This document shows, piece after piece, positions 50,401-59,643 of a stretch of DNA of 64,000 nucleotides. The translations under genes and the position numbers were made by a program. The stretch's first letter is position 1. The number at the start of each line of letters is the position of its first letter. Below the pieces are notes generated by a model. That model did not search any database. It was given only the letters and a program-made list of their open reading frames with translations, and was not told the origin of the DNA. The DNA lies in the NCBI GenBank assembly GCA_963675595.2, contig CAXXLZ010000001.1, positions 960,001-1,024,000 on the forward strand. The letters are read 5' to 3'. The DNA comes from Thermodesulfobacteriota bacterium (lineage in GTDB: Bacteria; Desulfobacterota; Desulfarculia; JACQYL01).

Positions 50401-51501
50401 ATGAAGGAACTGTCATCTTGCAGCGTTCTCGTTGTTGACGACAACGCATCCAATGTGGACATCCTGGTGGATGCCCTGAGCCATACCTATGACGTATCGG
50501 TGGCGCTGGACGGCGAATCGGCCCTGGAAAGGGTGGCCGAGAGCACACCGGACATCATCCTGCTGGATATCCTCATGCCGGGCATGGACGGTTACGAGGT
50601 CTGTGGACGAATCAAGAGTGACCCCCGCTACGCCGGGATCCCCATCATCTTTCTTACGGCCATGACCGAGCTCCGGGATAAGACCAAAGGGCTGCAGATG
50701 GGAGCCGTGGACTACATCACCAAACCCTTCGAGGTGCTGGAGGTGCAGGCCCGGGTGAGGACTCACCTCTCCCTCATGCTGGCGACCCGGGAACTGGAGC
50801 GGCAGAATGAGATCTTGGAGATCAGGGTGGCCGAGCGAACCAAGGAACTGGTTCTCACCCAGGACGTGACCATCCACAGCCTGACCACCCTTTGCGAAAC
50901 CCGGGACAACGAAACCGGGGGCCACATCCTGCGCACCCAACACTACGTGGGAGCATTGGCGGAGCGGTTGGCCGAGGATTCTCCCTATGCGCACCAACTC
51001 GACTCGCGGACCGTCGGACTGTTCTTCAAAACCGCCCCCCTGCACGACATCGGCAAGGTCGGCGTGCCGGACGCCATTCTGTTCAAGCCGGGCAAGCTCA
51101 CCCAAAAAGAATTCGAAATCATGCAACTTCACTGCGAGTTGGGGTACCGGGCTTTGGCCAACAGCGAAAGGCTTTTCCAGGCAGAGAACATCCCCTCCTT
51201 CCTGGCCCATGCCAAGAACATCGCCTATTCCCACCACGAACGATGGGACGGCAAGGGGTACCCCCGAGGGCTGGCCGGGGAGGATATCCCGCTTTCAGGC
51301 CGCATCATGGCCGTGGCCGACGTGTACGACGCGCTGGTCTGCAGACGGGTTTACAAAGCGCCCCAGGCGCATGAAGAAGCCGTGGCCGTTATCAAGCGAG
51401 ACGGCGGCACCCAATTCGACCCCGTCGTCGTGGATGCTTTCCTCGCCGTGGAAGGAGAGTTCAAACGCATCGCCGAGGAGTTTGCCGACATAGAGAAGTA
51501 G
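50401..51501 (+). CDS. REC-HD-GYP c-di-GMP phosphodiesterase (RpfG-like), copy 2
   Basis: Same motifs (HHERWDGKGYP); close tandem paralog of copy 1. Confidence 0.95.
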   Translation: MKELSSCSVLVVDDNASNVDILVDALSHTYDVSVALDGESALERVAESTPDIILLDILMPGMDGYEVCGRIKSDPRYAGIPIIFLTAMTELRDKTKGLQMGAVDYITKPFEVLEVQARVRTHLSLMLATRELERQNEILEIRVAERTKELVLTQDVTIHSLTTLCETRDNETGGHILRTQHYVGALAERLAEDSPYAHQLDSRTVGLFFKTAPLHDIGKVGVPDAILFKPGKLTQKEFEIMQLHCELGYRALANSERLFQAENIPSFLAHAKNIAYSHHERWDGKGYPRGLAGEDIPLSGRIMAVADVYDALVCRRVYKAPQAHEEAVAVIKRDGGTQFDPVVVDAFLAVEGEFKRIAEEFADIEK

Positions 51502-51730
51502 CCTCAAGGTGCGGGGTATGGCAAATCAACGGGTATCGTTCACCGGGGGAACGTTCCCATTGGTTCCCGGGGAACGCCGGAATCCCGGACTTCCTTGATG
51601 CGGGCTCCATCCCGAGCGGGGCCAAGCCGACCTTGAGAGCATCCTGGCCGATTCAGCAGCCTGCGGCAAACGGCCTCTTTCAACGGGCTGGTAAGGACCG
51701 TTGGAAATGCGTGAGGAAACCTGATTTCTT

Positions 51731-51820
51731 CCTCAGCCTCTCCGCCGAAGGCGGTGAGGCCTGTCCAACGAGCTTTGGGAGGGGGGTTCGGGGGAGGACT
51801 TCCCCGAAAGTCCTCCCCCG
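51731..51820. repeat. REP-like modules shared with the 54.7-57.4 kb array
   Basis: CCTCAGCCTCTCCGCC..GGCGGTGAGGCC and the palindrome CGGGGGAGGACTT..AAGTCCTCCCCCG. Confidence 0.75.
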
Positions 51821-51823
51821 TCA

Positions 51824-54514
51824 ATGCCTTCAATTATCGAATCTTCCGCTGATTGGAAAGGAACCTCAATATTGACTCGGGAAGTCTATCTGTTTTCAGA
51901 TCACGATGCCACGCAAGCGGAGGTGGGAGGAAAAGGATTTTCGTTGATCAGGATGGCCGGCGGCGGATTCCCGGTTCCTCCCGGCATGGTCTTGGCCGTG
52001 CGCTTTTTCGACGAATGGCTGGACCAATTGAACGCCGTGGAGGAGTTGCGTTTGCTCCCAACGGACTCCGACGAAGTCCTGCGTTCCAAGACCGCCGCGT
52101 TGCAGGAAGAAGCGCGCAAATTGGAGTTCGGTGCGGCGCAGCGGGACCGACTCCAAGACAAACTCCGGGAGTTGGCCCTGCCGGCGGATCAGCTGTTTTC
52201 CGTGCGCTCTTCATCGCCGGAAGAGGACATGGAAGGAGCCTCCTTCGCGGGCATGTATGAAACCTACCTCGGGGTGAAATCCGAGGACCTGGAAGGCCGC
52301 ATCCGCGACGTCTTCGTTTCGTGCATCGACTACCGCGTGGTCGCGTACAAGCGGCAAAAGGGCTTCGATTTCACGAAGTATTCCATCGCCGTGGTGGTCA
52401 TGGCGCAGATCAAGAGCGAATCCGCGGGCGTGGCCTTCAGCATCAATCCGTTGAACAACTGCTACGACGAAATCGTGATCAATGCCAACTTCGGGGTGGG
52501 TGAGTCCGTGGTTTCGGGCGATACGGTGCCCGATCAGTTCGTGGTGGACAAGATCGAAAATCGGGTGGTCTCGGCCAAGCTCGGGGACAAGAAGATATCC
52601 ATTGTCATCGGCGACGACGGGGGCACGCGCACGTTGACCTCCGACGCCGCGGGGACCGCGACCCTCCCCACGGAACGGATTCTCCAACTGGCGGACCTGG
52701 TGAAACAGGTGGAGGCCTATTGCGGCGCACCCATGGATACCGAATGGGCCTATGCCGACGGGCGTCTTTACATGCTGCAGGCACGCCCGGTCACCACCTA
52801 CATTCCGCTGCATCCCGATTTTCTGACGAAACCCGGCGAACCCAAACGACTGTACCTGGACCTCACGCTCATCGAGCAGGGCATTCAGAAACCGCTGTCC
52901 GTGCTGGGCACGGACTGTTTCCGCATTCTCTCCAACGAAATGGGGCTTTCGGCCGCCGGCGTGGCCCTGGCGGAAAAACCGGGGGATTTCATCTATGCGG
53001 CCGGTGGGCGGGCCTATGTGAATCTCTCCCGGGAGATCCTCCTGGAGGGACAAAAGGGCGCGGCCAAAGAATACGAGGGCCTGGACTCCTATGCCGCGCA
53101 GATCATCCGCGAAGTGGACATGACCCAGTACAAGGGCAAGATGACTCTGGGCGGCGTGTGGAAGACCGCCAAGGGAATCTTCACCGGGCTGTTCAAATCC
53201 TCCGACACCATCGCCGGGGTGATCAAGGGCCGAAAGCACCCGGAGGAACTCCGGAAGACCATCGATGAAAAGGGCGCGCTTCTCCTGAAGGAGGTGGACG
53301 AACTGGACGACTCGGACCTGCCCTTCGAGGAATTCGTGCGTCAAAGCATGAGGAAATCCGCGGATTTCATGATCCATACCAGCATTCCCAGCCTGGTGGA
53401 CGGCGAAGCGGCCAAGAACGGCCTGAAAAAGCTTTTCGACAAGGAACTGGTGGACGAGGACCTGCGGAAACAGGCCGACCTCATCGATCGAGGGCTCCCC
53501 TACAACGTCACCATGGACATGAACGGCCGCATTTACGAGTTGATGACCTTGCTCCACGACCGGGACTTCGATTCCATCGAAACCACGGTCCGGGGGATTC
53601 GGGATCGGAGCCTGCCCCCCGCCTTCATGACCAAGTGGGACGAGTTCATGGAGAAATACGGTTTCAGGGGACCGCGCGAAATCGACGTGCGAACGCCTCG
53701 CTACCAGGACGACCCGTCCGTGGTCATCCAACAGATGCGGAACTACCGGGAGCTTCCCACTGAGAACTCTCCCGCCGCCATGCAGCAACAACAGGCGGAC
53801 GCCCGGGAACGGGCCTACGAAACCCTGCGGGCGCACATCAAGGACCAAAAGAAGTTCGAGCAATTGTATCACGTGCTGGTGAATCTGGGCGGGTATCGGG
53901 AAATACACAAGTATTACCTGGTGTACGCCGGGGCGAAGATTCGCCGCCGCGCCCTCGACATCGCCCGGCAACTACTCTCCGAAAACCGCATCGACGCCGT
54001 GGACGACGTCTTCTACCTGACCGCCGATCAGGTCCGCCAAGCCCTGCGGGAACCCGACTTGGACGTCCGGAGCATGATTGCCCATCACAAGGAATACATG
54101 TCCTTCGCCGAAACCATCGACCATTTTCCTCCGGTGATCGATTCCAGAGGAAAGATTCTGCGTCCCCCTCGAAAGGAACCCGCGGAAGGTGAACTCGCGG
54201 GCGACCCGGTGTCCGCCGGCAACGTGCGGGGCAGGGCGGTGGTGGTTCACTACGTGGGGGAAAAGGCGGTGGAGCAAGGGGACATCCTCGTGGCCCGCGC
54301 CGCTGATCCGGGCTGGACGCCCCTGTTCATCAACGCGGCCGGCATTCTCCTGGAAGTGGGCGGCATGCTGCAGCACGGGTCTCTTATCGCCCGCGAATAC
54401 GGCAAACCCTGCATCGCCGGCATTGAAAATCTCACACAGCAACTGAAAGACAACGACCTGGTGGAAATGGACGGGTCCACAGGGATCGTGAAGATATTAG
54501 AGTCATCTGAGTGA
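51824..54514 (+). CDS. PEP-synthase-like phosphotransferase (rifampin phosphotransferase architecture)
   Basis: N-terminal ATP-grasp (VGGKG, VRSSSPEED..SFAG, DTEWA, LQARPVT), a large middle domain, and a C-terminal swivel His domain GGMLQHGSLIAREYG. The real start may be TTG near 51872. Confidence 0.88.
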   Translation: MPSIIESSADWKGTSILTREVYLFSDHDATQAEVGGKGFSLIRMAGGGFPVPPGMVLAVRFFDEWLDQLNAVEELRLLPTDSDEVLRSKTAALQEEARKLEFGAAQRDRLQDKLRELALPADQLFSVRSSSPEEDMEGASFAGMYETYLGVKSEDLEGRIRDVFVSCIDYRVVAYKRQKGFDFTKYSIAVVVMAQIKSESAGVAFSINPLNNCYDEIVINANFGVGESVVSGDTVPDQFVVDKIENRVVSAKLGDKKISIVIGDDGGTRTLTSDAAGTATLPTERILQLADLVKQVEAYCGAPMDTEWAYADGRLYMLQARPVTTYIPLHPDFLTKPGEPKRLYLDLTLIEQGIQKPLSVLGTDCFRILSNEMGLSAAGVALAEKPGDFIYAAGGRAYVNLSREILLEGQKGAAKEYEGLDSYAAQIIREVDMTQYKGKMTLGGVWKTAKGIFTGLFKSSDTIAGVIKGRKHPEELRKTIDEKGALLLKEVDELDDSDLPFEEFVRQSMRKSADFMIHTSIPSLVDGEAAKNGLKKLFDKELVDEDLRKQADLIDRGLPYNVTMDMNGRIYELMTLLHDRDFDSIETTVRGIRDRSLPPAFMTKWDEFMEKYGFRGPREIDVRTPRYQDDPSVVIQQMRNYRELPTENSPAAMQQQQADARERAYETLRAHIKDQKKFEQLYHVLVNLGGYREIHKYYLVYAGAKIRRRALDIARQLLSENRIDAVDDVFYLTADQVRQALREPDLDVRSMIAHHKEYMSFAETIDHFPPVIDSRGKILRPPRKEPAEGELAGDPVSAGNVRGRAVVVHYVGEKAVEQGDILVARAADPGWTPLFINAAGILLEVGGMLQHGSLIAREYGKPCIAGIENLTQQLKDNDLVEMDGSTGIVKILESSE

Positions 54515-55205
54515 AATCTGCGGGGGAAAACTTTCGTGAAAGTCTTCCCCCGCACCCCTTTTCCAGTTCTTACTCACACAAGGTCACCGGGGCAACACTT
54601 GTTCCCCCGGCGCCCCTTGTGTAGGCTTCGTCCCGCTGAAGCGTGACGAAGCCGGATGAGGGAGCCTGTTTCTCCGTAAATATCCAAGGGGCGACTCGTC
54701 CATTGTAGGGGCGGGCCACAGTGCCTGCCCAAGAGACGGCCGAAGGCCTTCCTTCTCCGCCGTATTCCCCGTGCCGGTGACCCTATGCATAAGAACGTTC
54801 CTCCCTCAGCCTCTCCGCCTGCGGCGGAGAGGGGAACAGATTGATCCGTGCACGATCATATGGTGGTTTTTCGCCCTGGGAGCGCCGAGCCCCAGCTCGG
54901 CACAGAGCCGGAGAGAATCGGACGGCGAACGACGAAGCTGAAGGAAAGCGCTTCTTTGCCGATTCATGAGATGTGAGGAGCCTTGGAACTTACTGAAGCA
55001 ACCTGTTTTTCCGTCATCATTCACGGGGCGAACTCGTCCATTGTAGGGGCGGGCCACAGTGCCTGCCCAAGAGACGGCCGAAGGCCTTCCTTCTCCGCCG
55101 TATTCCCCGTGCCGGTGGGGCCTATGCATAAGAACGTTTCTCCCTCAGCCTCTCCGCCGGAGGCGGTGAGGCCCGCCTGATATGTTTTGAGGGGGGGCGC
55201 GGGGG

Positions 55206-56590
55206 CATAAGCGCTAACTTAAGCCTTTTGTTTTGGTGAGGTTTATGGTACCGTTGCCGCCAAAGGAGGTGGCAATGGAGCGTCTCGTTTTTTCCGAGGA
55301 AATGGAAGACTGGGAAGTTCTCCAGGGTTTTCTTCCCGATGGCTGGCAATCCAAAGCAAGGGAACTTGGTGCCGTTGTCAGATACCGTAAGTTCGTGGAC
55401 GCCGAAGGTCTGTTGCGAACGCTTCTGATCCATCTGGCGGAAGGTTGCTCACTTCGGCTGACGGCGGCCAAAGCCAGGTTCGGCAACATTACGTCGATTT
55501 CCGACGTAGCTCTCCTAAAACGACTGAATAAATGCGGAGAGTGGTTTCGGTGGATGGCCTTAGGGGTCATGGAGAAATGGTTTCGAAAGCTGCCCGCCGT
55601 TGTTTTTGGAGAGAATTCACGCATCAGGTTGATCGATGCCTCCACCATTCAAGAACCTGGAAGTACCGGAACGACTTGGAGGGTCCATTATTCCATACAA
55701 TTGCCTTCGCTGCGCTGCGACGAAGTCTATGTAACAGACCCCAAGATCGGAGAATCCTTCACCAATTTCAAAGTCCATGGCGGTGAACTTCTTGTAGCGG
55801 ATAGAGCCTATTGCACACCAAGAGGAATTCACCATGTCATAGACAACGGCGGCGACGTCCTGGTTCGAATGAAACACCGTGTCGCCATGGTGGACAAGCA
55901 AGGGGAACGATTCCAATTACTCCCTCATCTAAGGACGTTACGTGTAAATAAGCTTGGCGAGTGGGATGCATTCGTTCCATTTGAACAACGCTTGGTTCCA
56001 GGTAGAATCTGTGCCATCAAGAAGAGCAAAGACGCCACTGAAAAAGCTCGTAAAGCGATAGAAAAAGAGGCGAGGAAAAAAGGTCGCCAAGTTACTCCGG
56101 ACACCCTCGAAGCGGCGGCCTACATATTTGTTTTCACAACATTGGGCCGTGAAATCTCGCCCTCTCAGGTCCTCGAGATGTACCGAGGTCGATGGCAAAT
56201 TGAACTCGCTTTCAAGCGTCTAAAGTCCATTCTCGGTTTAGGCCATCTTAGAAAGACCGACATCGAAGGAGCCAAGGCCTGGATCCATGGGAAACTACTG
56301 GTGGCTTTCTTAGTGGAGGCCATGATCGCCGCAGGCGAATCTTTTTTTCCCTGGGGATACCCACTCCAAAAAGAACCACCGTAGAAATCGATGCTTCTGG
56401 AGAGAGACCATGTTTATGTTACACCTGCTGAAACAAGCCGTGAACCCTAAACTCGGCTTGGCCGAATGCATTGCCGGCTGGGATAACATATCTTTTTATT
56501 TGCGAGAACCGCCAAGGAAACGAGCACTTCAGCGGCTGATTCCTCAGACGGAAAGAAGCATAGCAAACAATGCTTAAGTTAGCGCTTATG
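55206..56590 (+). mobile_element. IS4-family element, IS186/IS421-like
   Basis: Perfect 19-bp terminal IRs CATAAGCGCTAACTTAAGC and an 11-bp target duplication GGGCGCGGGGG (55195-55205 and 56591-56601). Confidence 0.95.
55275..56384 (+). CDS. IS4-family DDE transposase
   Basis: LIDAST, VADRAY and YRGRWQIELAFKRLKS (YREK); RBS GGAGG. Confidence 0.95.
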   Translation: MERLVFSEEMEDWEVLQGFLPDGWQSKARELGAVVRYRKFVDAEGLLRTLLIHLAEGCSLRLTAAKARFGNITSISDVALLKRLNKCGEWFRWMALGVMEKWFRKLPAVVFGENSRIRLIDASTIQEPGSTGTTWRVHYSIQLPSLRCDEVYVTDPKIGESFTNFKVHGGELLVADRAYCTPRGIHHVIDNGGDVLVRMKHRVAMVDKQGERFQLLPHLRTLRVNKLGEWDAFVPFEQRLVPGRICAIKKSKDATEKARKAIEKEARKKGRQVTPDTLEAAAYIFVFTTLGREISPSQVLEMYRGRWQIELAFKRLKSILGLGHLRKTDIEGAKAWIHGKLLVAFLVEAMIAAGESFFPWGYPLQKEPP

Positions 56591-57427
56591 GGGCGCGGGG
56601 GGGAACTTTTTCAAAAGTTCCCCCCGGCAAATGACGACCTTTTCCAAGCACCCTCACCGACTCCGGCGGAGAGGGGAACAGGTTGATCCTGTGCACGATC
56701 ACAGGGTGGTTGGTTTCGCCCTGGGAGCGCCGAGCCCCAGCTCGGCACAGAGCCGGAGAGAATCGGACGGCGACCGACGAAGCCGAAAGGAAGCGCTTCT
56801 TTGCCCATTCATGAGATGCGAGGAGCCTTGGAACTTACTGAGAAAACTTGTTCCTTCGTATTCATTCACGGGGCGAACTTGGCCATTGTAGGGGCGGGCC
56901 ACAGTGCCTGCCCAAAAGACGGCCGAAGGCCTTCCTTCTCCGCCGTATTCCCCGTGCCGGCGACCCTGTGCATAAGAACGTTTCTCCCTCAGCCTCTCCG
57001 CCGGAGGCGGTGAGGCCCGCTTGATGTGTTTTGAGGGGGGCGGCGCGGGGCGGGAACTTTTTCAAAAGTTCCCCCCGGCAAATGACGACCTTTTCCAAGC
57101 ACCCTCACCGACTCCGGCGGAGAGGGGAACAGGTTGATCCTGTGCACGATCACAGAGTGGTTGGTTTCGCCCTGGGAGCGCCGAGCCCCAGCTCGGCACA
57201 GAGCCGGAGAGAATCGCATGGCCAAGCTCCGCCGTATTCCCCGTGCCGGCGACCCTGCGCATAAGAACGTTCCTCCCTCAGCCTCTCCGCCGCAGGCGGT
57301 GAGGCCCGCTTGATGTGTTTTGAGGGGGGCGGGGCCGCGGGGGGGAACTTTTTCAAAAGTTCCCCCCCGCGAAGACGGTGTGAGAATCTTCTTGGATTCT
57401 TGTCCATTTCTCGGGAGGAGTTCCCTC

Positions 57428-59387
57428 ATGAACAAGCATGCTGAAAGTCCCGGGACCGGGCCGGTCGCCCGGGTGTTGGTCTCCCTGATTTGTCTGTTCT
57501 GCATGGGATGCGGAGGCGACTCCAAGTTCGACGACGGCTCCGTTGCCACGGGAACCCTGTCCGTGACCCATCAATTGGAGCGGGGCGTTCCCGACCGTGT
57601 GGACGGGTTCCACTATGCGTGTCTCGACGCCGACGGAAACACGGTGATGGAGTTCTCCCTGAAGGAAAAGGCCTCGGAACATCTCCTCGAAAACGTGCCG
57701 GTCACCTGCAGGGTCCTGTACACCACCTACTACGACCGGGTGGACGGCGCGGCGTTAACGGAACAGGCCTCGGAAGCGGTGGGGGATTCCAAAGCGCCCG
57801 TGGAGGTTCAGGCCGGCAAGCGGTCCAAAGTCGCCATTATCGGGGACCCCACGGCCAAGGTCTATATCACCGGGTCCAACGGACAATACACGTTGGAAGT
57901 GGACGACAACGCCTTTTTCATGCAGGGCGTGGGAGGCGATTATTCCAGTGCGGAATATGCCTACACCTATCTGAACGACACGCTGCAAAACAGTCATGTG
58001 AACACCATCAGGACCTACGGCGTGGGGGACTCGGGCGTAACGATCACCGCGGCGCAGGCCGCACTGGCGCAAGCGAAGGCCCTTACCAAGGACGACACCC
58101 GACCCGTGATGGTCATCGTGGGACTGGACCTGAACGACGCGGCCGATCCCCGGACCTACGCCCGGGCGGTGTTCAACGGGTTGATCGGCGATCCCAACGC
58201 GGACCACATCCTGGCCTGGTGCATTTCCAACGAATGGGTGAGCCTGACCGACGCAACGGACCCCAACAATGCCACGGTGGACGCGGTTTCGAAATGGATT
58301 CAGCAACAGACGCCGCGAACCTTGACCATGGCGGCGATTCAGCACCCGTCGGAAGGCTCCCTGAACATCATCACCACGAGCATGCCCACCCTGGATTTCA
58401 TCGGCATCAATTCCTTTTACGGCAGTTTCAACGCCGATTGGGCGGGCGGAGGATTCCTGAATCTGCTTTCCGGCTATATCAGTGAATTGGGCAAGCCCTG
58501 GTGCCTCACGGAATACTATTCCTACGACCTGCCCTCGGAGCCCTTCGGAGACTACAAAGGCATGCCCCGCCAGACCCTCAACGGGAGCACCGACTACTAT
58601 CTGGAACTGAATTCCACGTCCAATGCGCGGAACTACGCCGACGTCTGGAACGACTATGTGGTGGGCAACCAGCCCAACGGCTGCCTGGGCGGCTGCGCCC
58701 TCAACTGGGGCCCGCCCCACAACAGTCAGTGCAACGCCTTCTGGAAGCAGATGTTCACCTACGGGGGGCAATGGGAGCTGTATGTGGACTGGTACGCCAA
58801 ATACGGGGTCCGTCGCCTCCAGTGCGTGGACGCCGTGATCGGCGCCTACGGCGGAACCCCCGATGCCGCGGCCTGCCCCGGCATCGTGCTTCCCGCGGAC
58901 AAGGATCCCTCAAGGCATCGACTGCGATTTCAAGGCGGACCTGAATTCCGCCGGAAGGTCCGTGTCCACGGATGAGGTGCTCACCGCCACGGTCACGGCC
59001 GAAGGAACGGGTTCTCTCACGTTTAACTGGTATCTCGTGGGCGGCAAAGCGGTGCTTCTGGACCCGTCGGGAGGCACCACCGGAGGCATCTGGGAGGGAC
59101 CGTCGTACAATACCTACCAAGCGTGGGGCGCCGATCCGGTGACGTCCATCAATCTCGGGCAAGGAACCAGTACGGACCTGGGCAACGGCAAAACCTCCAA
59201 CACCATCACCTTTTCCATGCACGATCCCTCGGACCCCACCAAAACCGCCTACGCGGGAAACAACTACCAACTCCGGGTGATCGTAAGCGACGGCAACAAC
59301 GGAGCCGCCACCGCGGCCGTGGGGGTTTTCGGTGGAGGATGGGTCTTAGGGGTCGGGTATTTCGTGGAACGTACCGAATCTCGCTGA
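57428..59387 (+). pseudogene. Lipoprotein glycoside hydrolase (clan GH-A, GH2-like TIM barrel), frameshifted near 58910
   Basis: RBS GGAGG, lipobox FCMGC, NTIRTYG, ISNEW (acid/base), IGINSFYG and LTEY (nucleophile). Reading continues in the +1 frame after AAGGATCCCT as QGIDCDFK... to 59387. Confidence 0.7.
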
Positions 59388-59560
59388 GCGGGCCAATTGG
59401 CCGCGTTCCCGGACCGGTTATCCGCATCATGTCAGCCGGCGAGACGTCGATGCCGATCAACCTTCTCCGCAGAAAGTGACCTCAACCATGAAGCGCATCT
59501 CGATCTCATGGTCGAGTGGTACCGTCGCCTCGGCGTCGGCATTTGGGGGTTATTCCAATA

Positions 59561-59587
59561 CCGGCCCCTCAGGGGCCGGGTTCTTTA
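59561..59587 (+). terminator. Intrinsic terminator between convergent genes
   Basis: CCGGCCCC-TCA-GGGGCCGG followed by GTTCTTT. Confidence 0.6.
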
Positions 59588-59643
59588 TTCTTTCTTGTGA
59601 CAAACTAATTCCCTATCAGCCGCCTTCCAGTAATGATGAGCCA

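Larger units (their letters stand above)
54688..57371. repeat. Tandem array of ~450-bp composite REP-like units (four full or partial copies), interrupted by an IS
   Basis: GTAGGGGCGGGCCACAGTGCCTGCCC at 54705, 55043 and 56888; CTGGGAGCGCCGAGCCCCAGCTCGGC at 54876, 56721 and 57172; GGGAACTTTTTCAAAAGTTCCC near 56600, 57052 and 57343. Confidence 0.92.

Noticed and set aside
52211-53971. Long antisense ORFs (586 aa here; also 15455..16522, 43388..44494, 46253..47422)
   Set aside because: Shadow frames of GC-rich genes with no recognisable motifs.
54688-57371. Repeat array as the CRISPR array of the type III system
   Set aside because: The period is about 450 bp and the sequence between hairpins is conserved, not unique spacers.
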